This document shows positions 47,115-57,296 of a stretch of 60,116 bases of DNA, one piece after another. The stretch comes from Solirubrobacterales bacterium. Lineage in GTDB: Bacteria > Actinomycetota > Thermoleophilia > Solirubrobacterales > Solirubrobacteraceae. The notes beneath the pieces are model-generated. The model was not told where the DNA came from. It did no database searches and worked only from the letters and a program-made list of their open reading frames with translations. Location: contig JAOPZM010000073.1 of assembly GCA_025964115.1 (NCBI GenBank), forward strand, positions 1-60,116, written 5' to 3'. Numbering within the stretch: the first letter of the stretch is position 1; each line of letters begins with the position of its first letter. Position numbers and translations under genes: made by a program.

Positions 47115-47621
47115 CTACTGCGGGCCTGCGGGTGAGATCACGAGATACCGCTCCGGCTCGTTTCCCTCGCTGTGCGTCTCGACATCCCCGCGCTCGCGCA
47201 GATACTCGTGAACGACCCGGCGCTCGAGCGGTGGCAGCGGGTCGAGCTCAACGGGCTCGCCCGAGCGGATCGCCTCGTCCGCGGCCTCGTCCGCCTCCGC
47301 GCGTAGCGAGGCGGCTCGGCGCTCGCGGTATCCGTTGGCGTCGATCACGACGCGGACCGGTGAGGGGCCGTCGGGGAAGATGATCCGCTGCGCCAGGTGC
47401 TGGACAGCTTCGATCGTCTGGCCGTGGCGACCTATGAACAGGCCGAGGTCCTCGCCCGTCAGACGGCCGCTCAGGACGCCCGCGTCTTCCTCCACCTCGA
47501 TCTCCACGTCCAGGCCGAGGCCCTCGACGATCTCGTCCAACAGCTCCTCGAGCGCCTCCAGCGGGTCCAGCTCCTCCCCCTCCGCCGCCCCACCGCTCAG
47601 GTTCCCGCCGCCGTCGCTCAT
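47115..47621 (-). CDS. jag: Jag/KhpB RNA-binding protein (KH + R3H)
   Basis: FIGRHGQTIEAVQ, ERRVVH, SEGNEPERY; synteny. Confidence 0.93.
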   Translation of the reverse strand: MSDGGGNLSGGAAEGEELDPLEALEELLDEIVEGLGLDVEIEVEEDAGVLSGRLTGEDLGLFIGRHGQTIEAVQHLAQRIIFPDGPSPVRVVIDANGYRERRAASLRAEADEAADEAIRSGEPVELDPLPPLERRVVHEYLRERGDVETHSEGNEPERYLVISPAGPQ

Positions 47622-48610
47622 CGCCGTCTGCCGGAACGCTTCTTCTTCTTGCGCGGTGGTCGCGGCGGAGCCGCGCCCGTCCTGCCGTTAGGCCCGGTAT
47701 CCGCGACACCCCCGCCGGCGAGAGCCGGCTTCAACGTTCGTTGTGGTTTGCCGTTCGGGGCGGTCTTGGCCGGTTCGGGCTTGGGTGGGAGTGGGGGCAT
47801 ACGCCGTTTGATCAGATACTGCTGCGCGATCGTCCACAGGTTGCTGGTGATCCAGTAGACGAGCAGCCCCGCGGGGTAGCGGTAGAGGATCACGACGAAC
47901 ACGACCGGCAGCAGGAGCATCAGCCGGCGCTGGGTGGGATCGGCGGTTGCCGTCGCCACGAGCGTCGACGCCAGCTGGGAGCCCACGTAGAGCACGATCA
48001 GGACGATCAGCGCGGCGCCGGTCGCCTTGTCGGTGATGTCGGGAAGGAAGAGGAACTTGGCCGCGTGGTGGGCGCCGGGCACCTGTGAGCAGGTGACTTC
48101 CGAGAGCGACTTCAGATGAACGCCCTTGGCAGTCGTCACCGCTTTCGTTGGGATTTCGCTGTTGTGGAGGATGGTCCTTTCGAGCGCCGTCCCGTAGAAC
48201 TGGCGCAGCTGCTTGCCGCAGATGTCGAGCTTCAGGTCCGTGCGGAGCATGTAGAAGAGCGAGATGAAGACCGGAATCTGCAGGACCAGTGGCAGGCAGG
48301 ATGCCAAAGGATTGATTTTGTGCTCCTGGTAGAATTTCATGATCTCCTGCTGCTGGCGCTGTTTGTCTTCCTTGTACTTCTCTTTCAGCGCCTGGATCTG
48401 AGGAGCGAGCCGCTGCATCTCCTGCATCGACTTGAGCTGCCTGAATGTCAGCGGCACGAGAATCGCGCGGATCAGCACCGTGAGGCCGACAATCGCGAGC
48501 CCCCAGCTGCCGCCCACGAGGTGCGCGTGGATGAAGACCATGATCGACTCGAAGGCGCTGATCAGAGGCGAGAACGCGCTCTCGATGAAGTTGGTGGCGA
48601 AGATGGGCAT
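47618..48610 (-). CDS. yidC: Membrane protein insertase YidC
   Basis: WGLAIVGLT, INPLASCLP, QIPVF, GLLVYW. Confidence 0.95.
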   Translation of the reverse strand: MPIFATNFIESAFSPLISAFESIMVFIHAHLVGGSWGLAIVGLTVLIRAILVPLTFRQLKSMQEMQRLAPQIQALKEKYKEDKQRQQQEIMKFYQEHKINPLASCLPLVLQIPVFISLFYMLRTDLKLDICGKQLRQFYGTALERTILHNSEIPTKAVTTAKGVHLKSLSEVTCSQVPGAHHAAKFLFLPDITDKATGAALIVLIVLYVGSQLASTLVATATADPTQRRLMLLLPVVFVVILYRYPAGLLVYWITSNLWTIAQQYLIKRRMPPLPPKPEPAKTAPNGKPQRTLKPALAGGGVADTGPNGRTGAAPPRPPRKKKKRSGRRR

Positions 48611-48704
48611 GTGCTCTTAGGCGCTCTCGGCGGTGGTCGTGGGTGGCTGCTCGCCTGGCGCGCTACGGCTGGTCACGTGATCTCGGCTGCCTGACCTGCG
48701 CCGC

Positions 48705-49004
48705 TCAGCCGTCAGTCTCGTTACCGACCCTGAAAACCCGCTGAGCCTCCACCGGATCGTATCCGCCGTGGCTCCACGGATTGCACCTGAGCAGTCGCCA
48801 CCCCGCGAGCACCAGGCCCCTAAGTATGCCGTACCGCCGGATCGCCTCGACCGCATAGCGCGAGCACGTGGGCTCGTACTTGCACCGCCTCGGTATCGCG
48901 GGTGAGATGAGCCGCTGGTAGATGACGATCGGTGCCGTGGCAGCGCCGCGCGCCAGCCGCGCGAGCGCCGAGGTCGCCGAGTCCGTCGCCGTATCGAAGC
49001 TCAT
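48705..49004 (-). CDS. yidD: Membrane protein insertion efficiency factor
   Basis: YQRLISP, CKYEPTCSRY, RLLRCNPWSHGGYDPV. Confidence 0.96.
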   Translation of the reverse strand: MSFDTATDSATSALARLARGAATAPIVIYQRLISPAIPRRCKYEPTCSRYAVEAIRRYGILRGLVLAGWRLLRCNPWSHGGYDPVEAQRVFRVGNETDG

Positions 49005-49405
49005 CCTTGCTCCTCTGCCGAGATTCGGCTGCCGCTCCGCAGCCCCGCCTTGTCGATCAGCTCACCGAGCGACGCCTCGAGGCCGGCGAGGCCCTCGCGC
49101 TCGGCGAGGTCCAGAGCCGTCGGGCGGGCGACCACGACCACGTCATGGGTCGGGTCGAGCTCCGGCTCGAACTTCGCGAAGCCCTCTCGCAGGAGCCTCT
49201 TGACCCGGTTGCGCTCGACCGCGCCGCCGACCTTTCGCGAGACCGAAAGTCCGAGCCTGGGGCCGGTTGCCGACGGGTTCGCGAACGCGTAGAGCACGAG
49301 GTACTTATTGCCGGTCGAGCGGCCCTGTCGGTAGACCCGCTCGAACTCGGCACTGCGCGACAGGCGGCCGCGATTGGATGACCGCCCTGTCATCGCGCCG
49401 GTCAC
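49001..49405 (-). CDS. rnpA: Ribonuclease P protein component
   Basis: RLSRSAEF, RLGLSVSRKVGGAVERNRVKR. Confidence 0.96.
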   Translation of the reverse strand: MTGAMTGRSSNRGRLSRSAEFERVYRQGRSTGNKYLVLYAFANPSATGPRLGLSVSRKVGGAVERNRVKRLLREGFAKFEPELDPTHDVVVVARPTALDLAEREGLAGLEASLGELIDKAGLRSGSRISAEEQG

Positions 49406-49407
49406 GC

Positions 49408-49542
49408 TCAGGTGGAGAGGCGCTTGCGTCCCTTGTCGCGCCGCCGCTTTAGCGTCAGCCGCCCGGCCCGTGAGCTCATGCGTTTGCGGAACCCGTGGGC
49501 CCGGGCTCGCTTGCGCTTCTTTGGCTGGTAGGTGCGCTTCAT
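49408..49542 (-). CDS. rpmH: 50S ribosomal protein L34
   Basis: [22 protein letters not shown]...RRDKGRKRL. Confidence 0.98.
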   Translation of the reverse strand: MKRTYQPKKRKRARAHGFRKRMSSRAGRLTLKRRRDKGRKRLST

Positions 49543-49782
49543 TCGCTCAGTTCTCCGTCCGCCGGCCGATCTCCTCGCGCGTCCTCGGCGAGAGGCCGCG
49601 CGACTCCGTGGCCCGGCTGCAGTATAGGACCGTCGAGGCAACGCCGATTTTTCCCGCCAATTGCGGCCAGCCCCCGAAGCGCCTCTCAGGCCGTTGGATA
49701 TAGTCGCGAGACCGGGCCCCCGCGGGCCCTCCTTGGATGCGTCTCGTCACTTTCTCGGGGAGAGAAGCGGATAAACACTGCC
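49543..49782. promoter_or_regulatory. Divergent rpmH/dnaA promoter region
   Basis: TATACT on the minus strand (~49621) and TATAGT on the plus strand (~49699); weak DnaA box AGCGGATAA at 49766. Confidence 0.55.
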
Positions 49783-51207
49783 GTGAGCGCCGAGCTCGAG
49801 CACATATGGTCGCGCGTGCAGGCGGAGCTCTCGCTCGCCGTCGACGAGCCCACGTACCGCATCTGGTTGGCTCCACTGCGTCCCGTCGAGCTCTCGGGCG
49901 AGCATCTCCTCGTTGAAGCTCCGCCGCACACCTGCGGCTGGATCCATGACCGCTTCGGGCGCGTCATCCAAGCGAGCGTTGAGCTCATCCTCGGGCCCCA
50001 CGCCGCGGTCGAGCTCGTCGCCGCGCCACCCGCCTCAAAGCGCGCGACGATCCGCCCGGCGGCGCCCCGCCGCCAGCATGCGCCGGGCCCAGCCGCGCGT
50101 GCTGACGACGCCCCGATCGGCGGCGAGGGGCGGGGAACGATCGACCGCCCCGCCCCCTCGGGCGCCCTCGGCAATCCCAAGCTCACCTTCGATCAATTCG
50201 TCATCGGCGACTCCAATCGTCTCGCACACGCGGCAGCGCTGACGGTCGCCGAGATGCCCGCCCAGGCCTACAACCCGCTCTTCATCTGCGGACCCCCGGG
50301 GGTCGGCAAGACGCATCTCCTCAGCGCCATCGCCAGCATGCTCCTGTCCCACAGCCCGGGACTGACGGTGCGCTGCACGACCGGCGAGGCGTTCACGAAC
50401 GAGTTCCTCGGCGCGCTGGGAGGCAGGCACACCGAGGACTTCAAGGCCCGCTTCCGGCACATCGACGTCCTACTCATGGACGACGTGCAGTTCCTCGAGC
50501 GCAAGACGCGTACCGAGGAGGAGTTCTTCCACACCTTCAACGCGTTGCACGACGGAGGTCGCCAGATAGTGATCACCTCCGATCGGCCTCCACGCGACCT
50601 GCAGGCCCTCGAGGATCGGCTGCGCGAGCGCTTCCAGGCAGGACTCGTCGCCGACGTCAAGCCTCCCGACCTCGCCACGCGCCTGACGATCCTTCGCAAG
50701 CGCGCCCAGCACGACGGGGTCGAGCCCCTCGACGACCTCGCCCTGAGCGTGATCGCGGAGCGGATCGACACGAACGTCCGTGCGCTCGAGGGTGCGCTGA
50801 TTCGGGTCGTGGCCTTCAGCTCGCTCACGGGCAGGCCCCTCACCGGTGACCTGGCCGTCGAGGTCCTCGACGGCCTCTACCCGCGCAAGAAGACCCCTCA
50901 ACAGCCGCGCACTCGCTCCATTGGCGAGATCCAGGCCGTGGTCGGTGAGCACTTCGGCCTCTCCGCGGATGAGCTCCTCTCGTCTGCCCGTACGCAGCGG
51001 GTAGCATGGCCCCGCCAGGTCGCCATGTATCTGGCGCGTGAGCTGACCGGCGAGTCCCTGCCGGCAATCGGGAGGGAGTTCGGTGGACGGGACCACACGA
51101 CCGTCCTTCACGCGTGGCGACGCGCCACCGCACGCATCGCGTCCGACGAGAAGTCACGACAGGCTGTGGAGAAGCTGTGCGAGACACTCGGCTGCGAGCG
51201 TCCGTGA
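49783..51207 (+). CDS. dnaA: Chromosomal replication initiator DnaA
   Basis: TFDQFVIGDSN, YNPLFICGPPGVGKTHL, DDVQFL, GGRDHTTVLHA; GTG 49783 chosen as start. Confidence 0.98.
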   Translation: MSAELEHIWSRVQAELSLAVDEPTYRIWLAPLRPVELSGEHLLVEAPPHTCGWIHDRFGRVIQASVELILGPHAAVELVAAPPASKRATIRPAAPRRQHAPGPAARADDAPIGGEGRGTIDRPAPSGALGNPKLTFDQFVIGDSNRLAHAAALTVAEMPAQAYNPLFICGPPGVGKTHLLSAIASMLLSHSPGLTVRCTTGEAFTNEFLGALGGRHTEDFKARFRHIDVLLMDDVQFLERKTRTEEEFFHTFNALHDGGRQIVITSDRPPRDLQALEDRLRERFQAGLVADVKPPDLATRLTILRKRAQHDGVEPLDDLALSVIAERIDTNVRALEGALIRVVAFSSLTGRPLTGDLAVEVLDGLYPRKKTPQQPRTRSIGEIQAVVGEHFGLSADELLSSARTQRVAWPRQVAMYLARELTGESLPAIGREFGGRDHTTVLHAWRRATARIASDEKSRQAVEKLCETLGCERP

Positions 51208-51361
51208 GCCCATCGGTGCCGCCCGACCGGGCCGCCTGAGAGACTTTCCCGAGCCGTACACAGGCCTATCAACTGCACGACCAACAGATTCTCCAGAGCC
51301 AGAGCCAAATGCACATCTCTACATCCCCTACTGACTCCTGTTTCTCTCAGGAGGATCAGCT
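51165..51361. other. Putative oriC (dnaA-dnaN intergenic region)
   Basis: Position typical for actinobacteria; TGTGGAGAA at 51165, TTCTCCAGA at 51289, further degenerate boxes and a CTACATCCCCTAC trio-like stretch. Confidence 0.55.
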
Positions 51362-52474
51362 GTGAGGTTGTCCATGTCGACGGCGGAGCTCTTGATCGAG
51401 CTTCAAACGGTCACCCGTGTGGCCTCCACGCGCAGCGCCGTACAGGCCCTATCCGGAGTGATGATCTCGGCGCCGGGCGACTCCACGGCGGAGCTGCTCG
51501 CGACCGACATGGAGATAGGTCTGCGCGTTCCCCTTCAGGCCGAGGTCTCCCGTCCCGGTTCCGCGGTGCTGCCCGCCCGCCTCCTGTTGGACGTCGCACG
51601 TTCGCTACCCGCCGAGACGCTCACGATGGAGTTGAGGAGCGCCGAGCAGGATGTCGAGTTGATCTGTGGCCCCACGACGTTCCATCTGCGTACCCTCCGT
51701 GCCGAGGACTTCCCTGCGCTGCCAAAGCCATCGGCCGAGACCCGCGTCGCCCTCCCGGCCGAGGCATTTGTTCAGACCGTTTCCCGCGTCGCCCGCTCGG
51801 CCTCGCGCGATGAGACGCGCCCCGTGCTGACCGGGATCCTCATGTCGGCGTCGGGGACCGAGCTGCGGATGGTGGCGACGGACTCCTACAGGCTGAGCGT
51901 CAAGGAGACCACGCTCGACTCCCCCTTGGATGGGAGCCTCGAGGCGAACGTCCCCGCGCGGGCGCTGCAGGAGCTCGTGCGGATCGCCCAGCAGGTTACG
52001 GGCGAGTCTGTGGCCGTGAGCGTCGGACAGAACCAGGTGATCTTCGAGCTCGGCGACGTCGTTCTCTCCTCGCGATTGATAGATGGACAGTTCCCCAACT
52101 ACCGCCAGCTACTGCCCGAGTCGGTCGAGCACGAGCTGCGCCTCGCGAGCGCCGAGCTCACCGACGTGGTGCGCCGTATCAGCCTGCTCGCGCAGAAGAA
52201 CGCCCCCCTGCGGTTGAGCTTCAGCGAGGGAACGCTGACGGTGTCGGCCCAGACCCCCGACGTAGGCGAGGCGAGCGAGTCGATACCGGTGCCGTTCCAC
52301 GGAGAGTCGTTCGAGATCGGCTTCAATCCGGAGTTCCTGCGTGACGGCCTGGAGAGCATCGAGTCGGACGAGCTCGTGCTCAAGCTCATCAGCCCGCTGC
52401 GGCCGGGGCTGATCGAATCACCCGACACCGGCGACTTCGTCTATCTGATCATGCCCATCCGCCTTAACGTGTGA
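51362..52474 (+). CDS. dnaN: DNA polymerase III beta sliding clamp
   Basis: AGGAGG RBS; ATDMEI, RPVLTG, ATDSYRL, GQFPNY, YLIMPIR. Confidence 0.98.
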   Translation: MRLSMSTAELLIELQTVTRVASTRSAVQALSGVMISAPGDSTAELLATDMEIGLRVPLQAEVSRPGSAVLPARLLLDVARSLPAETLTMELRSAEQDVELICGPTTFHLRTLRAEDFPALPKPSAETRVALPAEAFVQTVSRVARSASRDETRPVLTGILMSASGTELRMVATDSYRLSVKETTLDSPLDGSLEANVPARALQELVRIAQQVTGESVAVSVGQNQVIFELGDVVLSSRLIDGQFPNYRQLLPESVEHELRLASAELTDVVRRISLLAQKNAPLRLSFSEGTLTVSAQTPDVGEASESIPVPFHGESFEIGFNPEFLRDGLESIESDELVLKLISPLRPGLIESPDTGDFVYLIMPIRLNV

Positions 52475-52484
52475 CGGGTGCGTC

Positions 52485-53603
52485 GTGCGGATCGCCAGCG
52501 TGCAGTTACGCGACTTCCGCACATACGCTCGAGCGGAGGCGCATCTCGGCCAGGGTCTCACCGTGGTGCACGGACCGAACGGCGCGGGGAAGTCGAACCT
52601 GCTCGAGGCGCTCTACTTCGGCTGTACCGCCCGCTCCCCGCGCACGCACAACGAGCGTGAGCTCGTGCGCTTCGGAGCGCAGGCTGCACGCGTTGTCGTG
52701 AAGATCGCCGACGGCTCGCAGGAGCATGAGCTGAGCGTCGGCTTCGGCGCACTCGCCGACGGGTCGCGGGCGACGAAGCGGATGACCGCTGACGGTGCTC
52801 CGGTCGAGCGGCTGCTCGACGTTCCCGACAGGCCGCTGATGAGCGTCTTCATGCCCGACCGCCTCGAGCTCCTCAAAGGCGCCCCGACGCTGCGCCGCGC
52901 GCACCTCGACCAGTTCGTCGCCGCCATCTGGCCCGCCCGCGCGCAAGTGCGCCGCGAGTACTCCCGGGTGCTGGCCCAGCGGAACGCCCTGCTGAGCAGG
53001 ATCCGCCACGGCCGCGCCTCACAGGCGACGCTGTCCACCTGGGACCGCGAGCTCGCGGGCAAGGCGCTTGCACTGCGGGATCTGCGCTCGGATGCGGTCG
53101 CGTTGCTCGCGCCGGGGTTCACCGAGCGGGGTGCACAGCTCGGGTGCAGCGGCGAGCTCACGCTCGAGTACCGCCCGCGCTCTGGCGCGTGCGACGAGGA
53201 GGAGTTCGTCGCCGAGCTGCAACAGCGCCTGCCGGGAGACCTCGAGCGCGGGTTCTCCGGCCATGGGCCGCATCGGGACGAGCTCGCGATCCTGCGTGAC
53301 GGTCGCGAGCTGCGCGTCTACGGCTCGCAGGGCGAGCAGCGTCTGGCACTGCTTGCCCTGCTTCTCGGCGAGCGTGCCGTGCTGGCGGCGGAGCGTCGCC
53401 GCACGCCGGTCATGCTGCTCGACGACGTCATGAGCGAGCTCGACTCCGACCGCCGGGAACTCCTCGCCCGCGAGCTGTCGCTCAGCGGTCAGAGCGTGAT
53501 CGCGACGACGGATCTCGGACACGTGCCAGGCGCCGGGGACGCCGCCGTCACGCGCCTGCGCGTCTCGCCGGGAGCGATCCTGCAAGAGGCCCTCGCCGCA
53601 TGA
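52485..53603 (+). CDS. recF: DNA replication/repair protein RecF
   Basis: GPNGAGKSNLLEA, GPHRDEL, GSQGEQR, LLDDVMSELD. Confidence 0.97.
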   Translation: MRIASVQLRDFRTYARAEAHLGQGLTVVHGPNGAGKSNLLEALYFGCTARSPRTHNERELVRFGAQAARVVVKIADGSQEHELSVGFGALADGSRATKRMTADGAPVERLLDVPDRPLMSVFMPDRLELLKGAPTLRRAHLDQFVAAIWPARAQVRREYSRVLAQRNALLSRIRHGRASQATLSTWDRELAGKALALRDLRSDAVALLAPGFTERGAQLGCSGELTLEYRPRSGACDEEEFVAELQQRLPGDLERGFSGHGPHRDELAILRDGRELRVYGSQGEQRLALLALLLGERAVLAAERRRTPVMLLDDVMSELDSDRRELLARELSLSGQSVIATTDLGHVPGAGDAAVTRLRVSPGAILQEALAA

Positions 53604-53890
53604 GCAGAGGCGCTCCCCGCTCGCTATCCGTCGCCCTGCAGGACTTCACCGACGCCCTCGCTCCGGCGACGACGCTGGCCCGCGTCCAGGAGATCTGGGA
53701 GCGGACCGCAGGCCCCGCGATCGCGCTCGCCGCGAGACCGACCTCCGAGCACAACGGCGTCCTCACGGTGACCTGCGAGGCCTCGGTCTGGGCGCAGGAG
53801 CTCAACCTGATCTCAGAGGAGCTGGTCGGGCGCCTCAACGCCGCGTTGGGCGCCCCCGCGATCAGCGAGTTGCGCTGCCGCACGGGTTGA
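53600..53890 (+). CDS. dciA: DUF721/DciA family protein
   Basis: W...G..IA, GVLTVTCEASVWAQEL; between recF and gyrB. Confidence 0.88.
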   Translation: MSRGAPRSLSVALQDFTDALAPATTLARVQEIWERTAGPAIALAARPTSEHNGVLTVTCEASVWAQELNLISEELVGRLNAALGAPAISELRCRTG

Positions 53891-54094
53891 TCGCCGTCGG
53901 ATGGCCAAGCGTCTCGCGCGAACGCGCTCGGGATCGCGAGCGTGCCTCAAGCGCACGCGCATCGGGGCCGATAGCTACACGCGGACGGCCGATAGGTCAT
54001 CCGGGTAGCGAGCGACCGCGGGGCCACCCATCCGGCCCCCGGTCGCTCGGCAACCGCCGTTACTCGGATCGCGTGTGCTCCCTCGATCTGGGTA

Positions 54095-54116
54095 GCCATA
54101 TCGAATTCGATATGGC
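54095..54116. repeat. Perfect 22-bp palindrome
   Basis: GCCATATCGAATTCGATATGGC. Confidence 0.95.
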
Positions 54117-54143
54117 AGCCGACGATTTGCTTATGGGTGTCGT

Positions 54144-54246
54144 TAGGCTGGGGATCGGCCACCGGGGAGTCGGCGTGTCCAGCACCCCCCATCTCCCTGG
54201 GCCGTCGAACGCACACGCAGGGAGTGAGGCGTCTCCGGTGGCCACC
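54144..54246 (+). repeat. Copy 1 of a duplicated stem-closed element (candidate small RNA or peptide gene)
   Basis: TAGGCT-N7-GGCCACCGGGGA...TCTCCGGTGGCC; homologous to 54526..54634. Confidence 0.85.
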
Positions 54247-54300
54247 TAAGCCGTTCGTTACGGCGGCGAAGCGGGCGCGGCGCCGCGCTGCGCTGCGTGG

Positions 54301-54465
54301 CTAAGCGGTTGCTTCCCGGCACGCGGGACAGACGTGTATGTGCCTGTCCAGGTCGCGGTCGTAGCCGACGAGCCAGCCGCCGGCTTCTGCGGCGGCCTCC
54401 GACTCCGCTTCGGCCTTTGCGCAGCTGTCGCAGACGAGCTGCGGGTCGGGATACTCGATGTGCAC
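54301..54465 (-). CDS. Small zinc-ribbon-like protein (54 aa)
   Basis: VCDSC...GGW...HVCPAC; TAGACT -10 box 8 nt before GTG 54465. Confidence 0.6.
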   Translation of the reverse strand: MHIEYPDPQLVCDSCAKAEAESEAAAEAGGWLVGYDRDLDRHIHVCPACREATA

Positions 54466-54525
54466 CGCGCGCCAGTCTAGCCATAGGGAACGACGATGGG
54501 AGTGGGATCTTTTCTTATCGCGCGC

Positions 54526-54634
54526 TAGGCTTGGGGGAGTGGCCACCGGGGGGTTACGACGTGTCCCAGCACCCCCATCCCCCTGGGCCGTCGAGCGCGC
54601 ACAGCAGCGGGAGTGAGGCGTCCCCGGTGGCCAC
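54526..54634 (+). repeat. Copy 2 of the duplicated stem-closed element
   Basis: TAGGCT-N7-GTGGCCACCGGGGG...TCCCCGGTGGCCAC. Confidence 0.85.
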
Positions 54635-54701
54635 GTACTTCAGCTACCGGGTTCGGCAAGTGCCAGACCCCTCCATTTTCGGCCAATTTGCAGGCATTTA
54701 G

Positions 54702-57293
<2,592 letters not shown>

Positions 57294-57296
57294 GCC

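Noticed and set aside
48670-48685. Second parS site (GGTCACGTGATC)
   Set aside because: Only the central TCACGTGA matches; the arms do not
53947-54216. 89-aa minus-strand ORF in the dciA-gyrB insert
   Set aside because: No RBS or recognisable motif, and it overlaps the structured elements; a shorter version from the palindrome ATG cannot be supported
54157-54634. SRP RNA, Y RNA or tRNA identity for the duplicated element
   Set aside because: No CAGG-GNRA-AGCAG SRP core, no conserved T-loop or cloverleaf, and no Ro60/TROVE gene nearby
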